Assembly (NCBI GenBank): GCA_012518185.1 | Contig: JAAYTA010000102.1 | Span: 3,955-67,954, forward strand | Length of the DNA: 64,000 bases | Direction: 5' to 3' | Origin: Methanobacteriota archaeon | GTDB taxonomy: Archaea > Thermoplasmatota > Thermoplasmata > Methanomassiliicoccales > Methanomassiliicoccaceae | In this document: piece after piece, positions 41,579-51,297 of the stretch | Position numbering within the stretch: position 1 is the stretch's first letter | Layout: every line of letters starts with the position of its first letter | Program-made: the position numbers and the translations under genes | Notes under the pieces: model-generated | Database searches by the model: none | The model's input: only the letters and a program-made list of their open reading frames with translations | What the model was told of the DNA's origin: nothing

Positions 41579-44500
41579 TTGCCAGCAGACGATATCCAGG
41601 AAAATATGGCCATCAATGAGTCTCCCCAAGGAGGAAGGAATGAGCACCGGGGAGTAGACATTAGCATGGTATCTCGTTGGGAAGCGTTCTTCCAAGGTAC
41701 TGAATATATACAGAGGATCCGAGAGGTATCCGATCTTTATCCCGAAGTAAGGAGTGTTGATATAGTCTATGGAGATCTGGACCACTTTGATGCAGATCTT
41801 GCGATCTATCTTCTAGAGCATCCTGATCTCGCCCTTCTGGCAGGTAAGCAGGCAATGCGAAACCTCATGCATGCTGAGATGCGCCAAGCGGACATAAATC
41901 TAAGAGTGATTTCACTACCTCGAGATTCCAAAGTGGAAATAAGGGATCTAAGAGCCAAGCACGTAGGAAAACTAGTCTGTGTAGAAGGACTATCTCGAAA
42001 AGCTACTGAAGTTCGTCCCAAGATCACTGATGCCCTATTCCAATGCTTCCGCTGTGGACAAGTAATTAAAGAAGTGCAAGAAGGATTATTCTTTAAGGAA
42101 CCCATGGAATGTTACAAAGAGCAGGATGGCTGCGGACGGACACCTGGAACCACCAAGTTTAAACTACTTACGGATGAGTCTCGCTTCGTCGATACGCAAA
42201 AGATCGAAGTACAAGAGAGTCCTGAAGGATTACGAGGTGGAGCACAACCAGAGCGCCTAACTGGGTACCTGGAGGATGATATAGCAGGGATTGTATCTCC
42301 TGGCGACAGAGTTGTGTTGAATGGCATTCTACGCTCTGTTCAAAAAGGGCAGCCTGCTAAATCTACTCTATTTGATATTAATCTAGACGTTATTTCAGCT
42401 GAATTCCAGCAGCATGAATATGAGGAGATAAATATCACAGAAGAAGATGAGGAAAAGATCAAGGAAATTGCTTCCTCACCTGATTTATTTTCGAAGATAA
42501 TCGCCTCTATATCTCCCACTATTTATGGCTATGAGACAGAAAAGGAGTCATTAGCACTGCAATTATTTAGTGGCGTTCCGAAAGTTCTAGATGACGGTAC
42601 GCGCATAAGGGGTGACATACACATCCTTTTAGTGGGCGATCCAGGAGTAGCGAAATGTGTATCATCCGATGCTATAGTGACACTCGCTGATGGCTCCACT
42701 CGAAATATCCAAGACATTGTTGAAGAAGGTTTAGTATCTGGTGCGGAAGATATTGATGATGGTCTAACCGCACCGATAGATCTAGATGTCATTACATTCT
42801 CAGCTCGTGGTCGAATGGAGAAAGGGAAGGCCATAAGAGTATGGAAGCGAACTGCTCCAGATAAAATGATTCGAATCCATACAGCTGAAGGGCGAACGCT
42901 CACTATGACGCCGACGCATCCCCTGTTCGTTCAAAATACTACTCGGATCATGCCTAGGGAAGCCCGTACTTTGAAGACTGGAACATCTATTGTTATACAC
43001 AGCGGATGGGATGAGGCCGATCCCTATGGTTGGAATGAACTGGGATTTGGATATGATACCATAACTTCAGTTGAGGAAATCACTCCAGAAGAAGAATGGG
43101 TATACGATCTGGAAGTAAAGGATAGTCATAATTATATTGCAAATGGAATACTATCTCATAATAGCCAGATGCTTAGGTATATGAGTCGTCTGGCCCCTAG
43201 AGGGATATATGCTTCAGGAAAGTCTTCTTCTGCTGCAGGGCTGTGTGTCTCACCTGACACATCAATAATAGTTGAGGGAAAAGAGATAGCAATAGGTGAT
43301 TTTGTTGAACAGCACATCTCATCACCACAGGAAGTAGCTCCTGGACAATGGATGGAAAAACTAGAGATTCCGCATACTGTAGCAACGATGTCTGACATGC
43401 AGCAGACGCTTCGTCGCATATCTGCCATATGGCGTATAAAGACCCCTTCATTTCTTGTGGAACTTGTAGAATCTTCAGGGAGACGTTTGACACTGACTCC
43501 AGAGACTAGAGTTTGGTCTAAAATGGACTCATTGGAAGGAGATTGGTACAAAGCGTCAGACATACGAGAAGGACAATCTATCCTTATTTCTGATGAATCC
43601 CGAAATTTCCGATGGAGCTCAATTTCTTCGGCCCGAAATATTGAATCAAGCCTTCCTCCCTTTGTATACGATTTAACTGTAGATGGTACCCAATCTTTTA
43701 TGGCTAATGGCTTCCTAGTGCACAATACTGCAGCAGCTGTAAAAGATGACTTCGGCGAAGGCAGGTGGACGTTAGAAGCCGGTGCTCTAGTCCTTGCAGA
43801 TAAAGGGATGGCATGCATAGAGGAAAATCAGCTTGTAGTTACTACTAGGGGATTAGTGCCGATTAAGAATATCATGGTAGGCGACACGGTACTGAACTAC
43901 TCCAACGGTCCTAGCTATGGCATAGTTAGAAAAGTGATCCGAAAAGGGATAAGGGAGACAATAAGGGTAAACCTTTATTCTGGAGAAATTATCGAGTGCA
44001 CACCAGATCATCACATCCTCACGAATGATGGATGGAAAGAAGCGGGACAATTAACAGTACAAGATAAGATCTACATTCCTGCTGATTACTCAGAGCCAGA
44101 AAAAATTGATCGAGAGCAATTTAGGAGGGGTTTTTCACACGCCTTGATCCTTTATGCTGGAAATTATGGATCGGTACCAATAGTGAATGAGATCGACTCT
44201 CCCATAAGTCCAATCAATGACTTTATAGGATCACATGTACCATCTTATTTGATGCTATGTTCTGATTCTAAAACAGTCAATGAATATGAAGGACATATTG
44301 GCATAGTTAAGGGAACTGCTGATGTGATGCATCAGATATCTCTATTTAACAATCTAGGAGAGATCCAATCATCTCATTGTCAAATTCAACTATTATTGGA
44401 TGATGTGAATTACTGCATTGGTTTTCTTGCTGGAGTTGTGAGCGCAGAATGCTGCGATATATATCTAGGTCACGAATCTGAGACTACCATACAGATTGAT

Positions 44501-46432
44501 CTAAAAGGAATGAAAAATGAGTTTAGAAACATAACACATGATCAGAAATTATTACTCTCCTTATTCCATCGTTTTGGAATAATGGCCGTCATGTATGAGC
44601 AGATGGTTGAAATAGCCTTGGTGGAGAGTTGCACTCGTCTTGCTCATTTAGTAGGTCCATACGTTACTGGGAAGAATAAGGATAAGCTCTATCAGATAGT
44701 ATTGGAAAATTGCACAATCGAATGCGATGTACTATTGGATGATTATATAGAATGGTTCAGTTCCATATCATTCAATACTTCTAAGACAGTGAATCTTGGA
44801 TTACAGTCCTACATTGATAGAGCGATAGAGAAACAAGAAATCACCATTCCTCTCATGGAGATGCTACGGCCTCACTGGAGTGGCATAACTGAAGAACCAT
44901 TCAGGGAACCAATCAAGAATTATCTACTAAATCCAGTTGTTGGAGTAGAAGAGGGTTGCTTAAGCCAAGTGTATGATCTCACTATTAATGGAGAGCCAAA
45001 TTTCCTCATTTCTGGAGGAATAGTCCATAATTGCGTTGATGAGATGGATAAGATGACTGATCAGGATCGATCAAGCATGCACGAAGCTATGGAAAGTCAG
45101 TGCTATGATGACCAAACTGAAGTTTTAACAGATACTGGGTGGAAGCTATTCAAGGATGTAAGTGAGGAAGATCTAATAGCATCACTATCTATAGAAGGTA
45201 AGTTAAGATTTGATAAACCCCTACAATACGTCCAGGCTGATTATGATGACACTATGTTCTACATCTCTGGAGATGAGATTGATCTAGCAGTATCTCCAAA
45301 TCATAATATGTATGTATCTTTACGCGAAGAGAGTGGTGATTGGAGCCCATATGGTCTATATCGAATGGATAAACTCCCACTCAACAATAACATAAGATTC
45401 TTGCGCATGAATGATGCCCAGATAATGGAAGCCTTTGAGATAAGCCCAAAATCCATAACAAAAACTCATTACTCTGGTAAGATTTATTGTGTAGAAGTAC
45501 CAGACCACGTGATATATGTCAGAAGGAATGAAAAGTCGGTATGGTGTGGTAATACAATTTCAGTGGCAAAAGCAGGTATCACCGCCACGCTCCAATGTCG
45601 ATGCTCATTATTAGGGGCTGCCAATCCTAAGTATGGCCGTTTTGAACAGAATCAGTACATAGCCGATCAGATTAACATGCCCCCTGCTCTACTGTCTCGA
45701 TTTGATCTAATCTTCGCTCTTACAGATAAGCCTTCTGCGGAACGTGATGCTAACATAACTGCACACATCCTCAAGACGCACCGTCGTGGGCAGATACAGA
45801 AATATGAAGATCCAGCCATACTTGATGGTGTAGATATTGAGAGTATTATGAATGACACCAGGTCGGTAGAACCGGTTCTTGATCGCGAATTCTTCAGAAA
45901 GTATGTGGCATACGCCAAACGAATTAATCCAGTTTTGAGTGACGATGCAATGAAGCTGATATCTGACTTCTATCTCAAGATCCGAAAACAAGGAGAGGGT
46001 GAAGGCGCCTCTGTTCCAATTACGGCACGTCAACTAGAAGCATTCGTCCGTTTATCAGAAGCAAGCGCTCGCGCCCGATTGTCTACAATTGCAACAGTGG
46101 AAGATGCTGAGAGAGCAGTACGAATTGTAGAGTATTATCTTCGAAAGATTGCTGGAGAAGGAGATCGTCTGGATTTTGATATAATTGCGACAGGAACATC
46201 ACATTCTCAAAGAGAACAAATAACTATCCTTAAGGACTTGATCAGTTCGTTGCTAAAAAGTGGTGATGGAATCGATCCACGCCGTGGAGTTGGAAGTGAT
46301 ATGCTATTCAAAGCAGCTGCAGATCGTGGAATCTCTGAGGATAGAGCAAAGACTCTACTTCGAAGGCTGAGCCAGAATGGCGAAATTTATTCTCCTGCTA
46401 CTGGCTTCTATAAACTAACTTCGGAGGGATGA
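41579..46432 (+). CDS. mcm: MCM replicative helicase precursor with four inteins (about 730-aa mature protein)
   Basis: Zn finger CFRC..C..C, GDPGVAK|S, Walker B CVDEMD, SRFDL, RQLE and a C-terminal wHTH. TTG start follows AGGTGA. Confidence 0.96.
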   Translation: MPADDIQENMAINESPQGGRNEHRGVDISMVSRWEAFFQGTEYIQRIREVSDLYPEVRSVDIVYGDLDHFDADLAIYLLEHPDLALLAGKQAMRNLMHAEMRQADINLRVISLPRDSKVEIRDLRAKHVGKLVCVEGLSRKATEVRPKITDALFQCFRCGQVIKEVQEGLFFKEPMECYKEQDGCGRTPGTTKFKLLTDESRFVDTQKIEVQESPEGLRGGAQPERLTGYLEDDIAGIVSPGDRVVLNGILRSVQKGQPAKSTLFDINLDVISAEFQQHEYEEINITEEDEEKIKEIASSPDLFSKIIASISPTIYGYETEKESLALQLFSGVPKVLDDGTRIRGDIHILLVGDPGVAKCVSSDAIVTLADGSTRNIQDIVEEGLVSGAEDIDDGLTAPIDLDVITFSARGRMEKGKAIRVWKRTAPDKMIRIHTAEGRTLTMTPTHPLFVQNTTRIMPREARTLKTGTSIVIHSGWDEADPYGWNELGFGYDTITSVEEITPEEEWVYDLEVKDSHNYIANGILSHNSQMLRYMSRLAPRGIYASGKSSSAAGLCVSPDTSIIVEGKEIAIGDFVEQHISSPQEVAPGQWMEKLEIPHTVATMSDMQQTLRRISAIWRIKTPSFLVELVESSGRRLTLTPETRVWSKMDSLEGDWYKASDIREGQSILISDESRNFRWSSISSARNIESSLPPFVYDLTVDGTQSFMANGFLVHNTAAAVKDDFGEGRWTLEAGALVLADKGMACIEENQLVVTTRGLVPIKNIMVGDTVLNYSNGPSYGIVRKVIRKGIRETIRVNLYSGEIIECTPDHHILTNDGWKEAGQLTVQDKIYIPADYSEPEKIDREQFRRGFSHALILYAGNYGSVPIVNEIDSPISPINDFIGSHVPSYLMLCSDSKTVNEYEGHIGIVKGTADVMHQISLFNNLGEIQSSHCQIQLLLDDVNYCIGFLAGVVSAECCDIYLGHESETTIQIDLKGMKNEFRNITHDQKLLLSLFHRFGIMAVMYEQMVEIALVESCTRLAHLVGPYVTGKNKDKLYQIVLENCTIECDVLLDDYIEWFSSISFNTSKTVNLGLQSYIDRAIEKQEITIPLMEMLRPHWSGITEEPFREPIKNYLLNPVVGVEEGCLSQVYDLTINGEPNFLISGGIVHNCVDEMDKMTDQDRSSMHEAMESQCYDDQTEVLTDTGWKLFKDVSEEDLIASLSIEGKLRFDKPLQYVQADYDDTMFYISGDEIDLAVSPNHNMYVSLREESGDWSPYGLYRMDKLPLNNNIRFLRMNDAQIMEAFEISPKSITKTHYSGKIYCVEVPDHVIYVRRNEKSVWCGNTISVAKAGITATLQCRCSLLGAANPKYGRFEQNQYIADQINMPPALLSRFDLIFALTDKPSAERDANITAHILKTHRRGQIQKYEDPAILDGVDIESIMNDTRSVEPVLDREFFRKYVAYAKRINPVLSDDAMKLISDFYLKIRKQGEGEGASVPITARQLEAFVRLSEASARARLSTIATVEDAERAVRIVEYYLRKIAGEGDRLDFDIIATGTSHSQREQITILKDLISSLLKSGDGIDPRRGVGSDMLFKAAADRGISEDRAKTLLRRLSQNGEIYSPATGFYKLTSEG
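42656..43162 (+). mobile_element. MCM intein 1, mini-intein, 169 aa
   Basis: AK|CVSSD...TPTH...VYDLEV..HNYIANGILSHN|S, inserted in Walker A. Confidence 0.93.
43244..43726 (+). mobile_element. MCM intein 2, mini-intein, 161 aa
   Basis: AAGL|CVSPD...TPET...VYDLTV..FMANGFLVHN|T. Confidence 0.92.
43814..45031 (+). mobile_element. MCM intein 3 with degenerate LAGLIDADG-type endonuclease, 406 aa
   Basis: GMA|CIEEN...TPDH...GFLAGVVSAE...VYDLTI...IVHN|C, immediately before Walker B. Confidence 0.9.
45101..45553 (+). mobile_element. MCM intein 4, mini-intein, 151 aa
   Basis: MESQ|CYDDQTEVLTDTGWK...SPNH...IYCVEVPDHVIYVRRNEKSVWCGN|T. Confidence 0.92.
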
Positions 46433-46728
46433 ATATGTTCACTGTAAAGATGCATCGCAGTGGAGGCGATCTATTACTGGCCGCCGCTGATAAGGAATTA
46501 TTAGGAAAAAAATTCAAGGAAGGTCCCCTTCGCCTAGAAGTTCTACCTTCTTTCTACCACGGAGAGGACGCAGATGAAGAAATACTCCTAAATCGCCTCA
46601 GCATATGTAGTGTTGCTAACCTTGTTGGAGAAAATGTAATTAAAGTTGCGATTCGGGCAGGATATATCGAGAGTGGCTGTGTTCTGACAATTGAAGGAGT
46701 ACCACATGCACAACTGGCTAAGATGTGA
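46429..46728 (+). CDS. DUF424 family protein
   Basis: LLAAADKELLGK..FYHG..ANLVGE..GVPHAQ pattern; coupled to the mcm stop. Confidence 0.85.
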   Translation: MNMFTVKMHRSGGDLLLAAADKELLGKKFKEGPLRLEVLPSFYHGEDADEEILLNRLSICSVANLVGENVIKVAIRAGYIESGCVLTIEGVPHAQLAKM

Positions 46729-46775
46729 GCATACGTCTTAACTAAATAGCTCCATCTACTTATGTCGCCCCATAG

Positions 46776-47810
46776 GTGCACATGTTCTGTGTGAAATGTG
46801 GAAAGGAAGAGAAGACGTATGATAGCCTATGTGCTACGTGCTATCTGCAGCGCAACCGCTTCACTAATCTAGATGAACAATTAGAATTGCAACAATGTGC
46901 GCACTGTGACGATTACTTAATGGATAAGAAATGGGTTCATTATGAAGATGAATTGGATGCAGTATATGATCATGTAACTGCCAACCTTTTAGTTAGAGAA
47001 GATGCATTGGTGCGCGATTTAGATCTCGAAGTGCAAGAGATAGATCGAAAATCTTACCGCGTTCTAGTTTATGTCACTGTAGCGTATGAGGATCTTGAAG
47101 TTATAGAAGAAAGCGAAACAATTGTTCGTATAAAGAGGGAATCCTGCCCAAAATGCAACAAGATTCATGGAAATTATTATGAGAGTATCGTGCAGGTTCG
47201 TCCAACTGGGAAGCGTTTTTCAGATAATGAGCGGGAAGAACTTCTTCAGCGTGCAATGTCTCATATCGAGAATGCATCTAGAGATAGTAGAGATGCATTC
47301 ATGGCTAAAGCCGTAGAGGCTCATAGCGGATATGACTTCTATATAAGTACTATAGCTCTAGGCAAGACGCTTGCCAGAGACTTAGTCTCAACATACGGAG
47401 CTGATTATAAGGAATCGGCCTCTCTACATGGGAGAAAAGATGGGGTGGACATTTACAGAGTCACTTACTTGGTCCGCCTTCCACCATATCGTGTAAGAGA
47501 TATAATTGAGCTTAACGATAAATTATACCTAATACGTTCTACTGGTCCCCAGATGGCAAGACTTCGTGAACTAAAACATGGTGATAATTTATCAATAAGT
47601 AATGATCGCCTCCGTAATGTTAACGTGATTGGTACCAAAGACGATGTGGTTGAAGCAGTAGTATTGGGGGAAGAGAAGCGTGAATTACAACTCATGCATC
47701 CACGCTCGTTTGCCACGATTGAAATTCGCAAGCCACAAGGATTTGAAAGAGAGGGAGACGCAGTAAAAGTTTTCCTCTACAACGATGAAATCTACATTAT
47801 TGGCAACTAA
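46776..47810 (+). CDS. nmd3: NMD3-related protein
   Basis: FCVKCG..LC..C, CAHC, CPKC, YYESIVQVR, R.TYLVRLP. Confidence 0.9.
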   Translation: MHMFCVKCGKEEKTYDSLCATCYLQRNRFTNLDEQLELQQCAHCDDYLMDKKWVHYEDELDAVYDHVTANLLVREDALVRDLDLEVQEIDRKSYRVLVYVTVAYEDLEVIEESETIVRIKRESCPKCNKIHGNYYESIVQVRPTGKRFSDNEREELLQRAMSHIENASRDSRDAFMAKAVEAHSGYDFYISTIALGKTLARDLVSTYGADYKESASLHGRKDGVDIYRVTYLVRLPPYRVRDIIELNDKLYLIRSTGPQMARLRELKHGDNLSISNDRLRNVNVIGTKDDVVEAVVLGEEKRELQLMHPRSFATIEIRKPQGFEREGDAVKVFLYNDEIYIIGN

Positions 47811-48549
47811 TATCGGACCCGATTTTATCGAGCTCTCCTTTAAAGAAAGTCATAGCGCTTCGAACTTCATCACTCTTCCCTTTTATCACTATAGTGTTGC
47901 CTCGATCTCTCCAATCGATTGCAGGGATCGAAGCGATACGTACTGGGAAGCGCGCCACTATTTTTTGGAAGATTGGCTCTAAAGTACCCTCTCCTTTCAT
48001 AACTTTTATCTCTAACTCTTCAATGTCATCACTTTCCACTAATGGCAGAACATATTGTTCGAACATTGGCATGAACTCATTTGGGAATCCTGGTAATAGG
48101 AAGAAATCTGTATGTTCTACGCGAGCCGAAATACCGCAAGCTACTCCTGTGATATTTTTTAATGCTTTACTGCCGCGCGGTAGGCGAGCCATTTGCAACC
48201 CCACCTCATCTATTTTGGCCCTGCTATGCATTCTGACCAATGCCTCATTCACCCATATAGTTGCCTCATCACTAATCTCAAGCTCAGTTCCCAAGAATTT
48301 TGCCATGGCATCTCTAGTGACATCATCTATAGTAGGTCCCAGTCCGCCTGTGACGACGGCTATATCGGGCGAGAGGGAAAGGGCAAATTGGAGGGCTGAG
48401 ACAATCTCACAGATTTCGTCTCTAATTATCATAACGCAGGCAATGCTACAACCTCTCTGGCGAATCTGCTTAATCATCTCAGAGGAGTAGGGGTTGATAC
48501 TCCCATCAAGCAATTCGTCTCCCACGTGAATAAAGAGTATAGTACTCAC
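47797..48549 (-). CDS. CinA-like/molybdopterin-binding domain protein
   Basis: GDELLDG, TGGLGPTIDDVT and LPGFP motifs. GTG start at 48549 overlaps the permease TGA; the track gives 48609. Confidence 0.85.
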   Translation of the reverse strand: MSTILFIHVGDELLDGSINPYSSEMIKQIRQRGCSIACVMIIRDEICEIVSALQFALSLSPDIAVVTGGLGPTIDDVTRDAMAKFLGTELEISDEATIWVNEALVRMHSRAKIDEVGLQMARLPRGSKALKNITGVACGISARVEHTDFFLLPGFPNEFMPMFEQYVLPLVESDDIEELEIKVMKGEGTLEPIFQKIVARFPVRIASIPAIDWRDRGNTIVIKGKSDEVRSAMTFFKGELDKIGSDISCQ

Positions 48550-49394
48550 GCTGTCATCTCTCTGCGCTGGAATGCTAGATATGCGAGTGCAACAGTCACC
48601 AAAATCCATCCGATCATTACCAACACTGCGGTGCTAACGGAAGGTGTATGGAAATAAGTGACAAATTCTCCGAATCCCTCTACAGGTATGGTTATCATAT
48701 CAGTTTCTGGCGGATATGGAATACTTAGTACTGCTGATATAGCCATAGCAGCAAATGTCAGAGATATTGTTGGAGACTGCTCAACCAATGAAAACAAATT
48801 ATCAACGGCTGGTAGTATGAGGAATAATAGGAAGAATGTCAGAATTAGCGAACCAGTGCTTCCCTTCATAAATGAACTGATAAGTATACCCACTCCGACT
48901 GCAGCCACACCATATAGCAGTGCAAGACCTAATGATGCGAATGCGAGATCTATATGCTCTAGACTATTCGATACTATGGCACTTACGCCAATAGCAACGG
49001 CATAGTAAATGACCGTAACGATAGCCGTTGCCAGTACAGCAGATAGAAATTTGCCTACGAATATAGAGGATCGTCTTACTGGATTAGGGAATAATAGGTA
49101 TCCAGTGCGGCTCTGGAATTCTGATACAATCGCATCACCAGCAAATAGTGTTGCTGCTATGATTATGAGTGTAGAGGTAAATGAAGCATAGCCTCCCATG
49201 GCGCCTATGAATGTATTCTCGCTACCTTCTAGTATCAGCGCAGAGATGAGTATGAGCAGCAATGCCTCAATAGCAAGCATACCAAGGAGACGTCTGCTTC
49301 GTAGATGCTTCAGCAGATCATACTTCATCACGATCATTGCTTGCTGCATATCCGTAGGAATTAGCTTACCATCAGCGCGTGCAACGTCACTCAT
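48546..49394 (-). CDS. ABC-2 type transporter permease
   Basis: Six TM helices, GDAIVSEFQSRTGYLLFPNPVRR..GK. Confidence 0.9.
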   Translation of the reverse strand: MSDVARADGKLIPTDMQQAMIVMKYDLLKHLRSRRLLGMLAIEALLLILISALILEGSENTFIGAMGGYASFTSTLIIIAATLFAGDAIVSEFQSRTGYLLFPNPVRRSSIFVGKFLSAVLATAIVTVIYYAVAIGVSAIVSNSLEHIDLAFASLGLALLYGVAAVGVGILISSFMKGSTGSLILTFFLLFLILPAVDNLFSLVEQSPTISLTFAAMAISAVLSIPYPPETDMITIPVEGFGEFVTYFHTPSVSTAVLVMIGWILVTVALAYLAFQRREMTA

Positions 49395-49398
49395 AAAA

Positions 49399-50331
49399 TC
49401 ACCTTGACTCCTTAATCATAGATAGATACAGATTCTCTAGCGCAATACCCGACCTCTTGAATGATACTATATCTAAACCCATACTCTGCAATGAGCGTAG
49501 CATTATAGCCTGCTCTCGATCGCCGCCTTTGAGAGTGAATACAAAGCTTGCTGGTCCGGAAGCTCGCAATTCTTCTATACCTTCTATCTTGGATATGTTA
49601 TTTAACCAAGCATTATCGATCTGCTGTAGCGTGCGGGCCTCGATGCGATGAATGTTAATGGACCCGAGCAGATTATCTACAGATCCTGATCTCAATATCT
49701 TTCCATGATCGATGAGGACCACCTCATCACATACTTCTTGAACCTCACTCAACAGATGGGAGGACATAAATATGGTATATTTCTCACTTTTAAGTCCTGA
49801 TAGGATCTCTCGCACCTCTGCCATGCCTCTGGGATCAAGTCCAGAGGTGGGCTCATCGAGGATGATAATAGATGGATGGTGTAAGATGGCTTGCGCAATG
49901 GCGATGCGCTGTTTCATGCCCTTGGAGAACTTACCAATCCGCTGATCTGCCCACCCACTCATCTTTACAGTTTCTAGCACTTCCGCAGAACGGGAGCTTA
50001 TACTCTCTGCACTCATACCTCTCAACTCTCCCAAGTATGCTAATGTCTCGTTGGGAGTCAAATATTGGTAAAATTCAGGGGTTTCAACAACCGCTCCTAG
50101 ATTAGACATAGCTTCTTTGGGATTCTCTACTATATCTACGCTATTTAGGTATACAGATCCACTGGTTGCTCTCAACATATTAGTGAGGATCTTAATAGTC
50201 GTGGTTTTACCAGCACCATTTGGACCCAAGAATCCGACGAAAGTGCCATCACGAACTGTGAGTGTAAGATTATCTACCGCTCTGAATCCACCAAAATCTT
50301 TGACGAGGTCTTTAATGACTATAGGCTCCAA
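49399..50331 (-). CDS. ABC transporter ATP-binding protein
   Basis: GPNGAGKTT, FSKGMKQR, LDEPTSGLDP and SSH motifs. Confidence 0.95.
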   Translation of the reverse strand: MEPIVIKDLVKDFGGFRAVDNLTLTVRDGTFVGFLGPNGAGKTTTIKILTNMLRATSGSVYLNSVDIVENPKEAMSNLGAVVETPEFYQYLTPNETLAYLGELRGMSAESISSRSAEVLETVKMSGWADQRIGKFSKGMKQRIAIAQAILHHPSIIILDEPTSGLDPRGMAEVREILSGLKSEKYTIFMSSHLLSEVQEVCDEVVLIDHGKILRSGSVDNLLGSINIHRIEARTLQQIDNAWLNNISKIEGIEELRASGPASFVFTLKGGDREQAIMLRSLQSMGLDIVSFKRSGIALENLYLSMIKESR

Positions 50332-50427
50332 ACGACTCCTCCTGCAGTGTACTTTAATGTAATTAGGTACTCATATAATGCATTGTGCTCCGGTAGGTTA
50401 TTCTAAAGTGCAGACGATGGCAGTTCT

Positions 50428-51297
50428 ATGGTCGCGGATCTAATTGAAGAGACAGTGGTCCAGCTCCTAAGAGATGCAGTTACAACATTACCGCCGGACG
50501 TGATCGAAGCACTGCAATATGCTGAATCATGCGAAACATCGGAAGTGGCACGATCTCAATTGCGCACCATATTAGACAATGTCGATGCGGCTGGACGTCT
50601 AAGTGTCCCGGTGTGTCAAGATACTGGTGTTCACGTTTTTTATGTCACAGGTCCAGTGGATGCATCAATAGAAGAGAGCATATGTATGGGAGTGGCTCGA
50701 GCCACGGAAGAGATACCACTTAGACCTAATGTTGTGCATCCATTGACGAGGGAGAATTCGGGCACTAATGTAGCTATAGGGTTACCTCATGTAATTTATT
50801 ATCCAACCGGTGATGAGTTCTTAGAGATTACCGTATTACCAAAGGGTGCTGGCTCTGAAAATATGACATCTTTAGCTATGCTACCACCATCAGATGGAAT
50901 CAATGGCATAAAACAATTCATTCTTGATACGGTGGTTGAAGCAGGTGGTAGACCATGCCCGCCTACAATAGTAGGTGTAGGGATAGGAGGGACCTCTGAA
51001 CTAGCAGTTAGTATGGCAAAAGAAGCGCTACTACGTCCTCTTGGTCTTCCTAATCTTGATCCTGAATTAACTATTTTGGAGAACAATCTGACTGAGGCGA
51101 TCAATCTAACAGGCATAGGGCCCATGGGTTTAGGTGGTGACACTACTGTGCTTGGAGTTCGCATATGTACTGCTTATTGTCACACTGCATCTCTACCTGT
51201 GGCTGTGAATCTGCAGTGCTGGGCTGCTCGCCGAGCAACTGCGCGAATATACTCAGATGGAAGAGTGAGATTTGGGAGGTCTCCATTTGATCCTTGA
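50428..51297 (+). CDS. Fe-S hydro-lyase alpha subunit (fumarate hydratase/tartrate dehydratase)
   Basis: CQDTG, PKGAGSEN, GRPCPP, GIGPMGLGG, HTASLPVAVNLQCWA. Confidence 0.92.
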   Translation: MVADLIEETVVQLLRDAVTTLPPDVIEALQYAESCETSEVARSQLRTILDNVDAAGRLSVPVCQDTGVHVFYVTGPVDASIEESICMGVARATEEIPLRPNVVHPLTRENSGTNVAIGLPHVIYYPTGDEFLEITVLPKGAGSENMTSLAMLPPSDGINGIKQFILDTVVEAGGRPCPPTIVGVGIGGTSELAVSMAKEALLRPLGLPNLDPELTILENNLTEAINLTGIGPMGLGGDTTVLGVRICTAYCHTASLPVAVNLQCWAARRATARIYSDGRVRFGRSPFDP

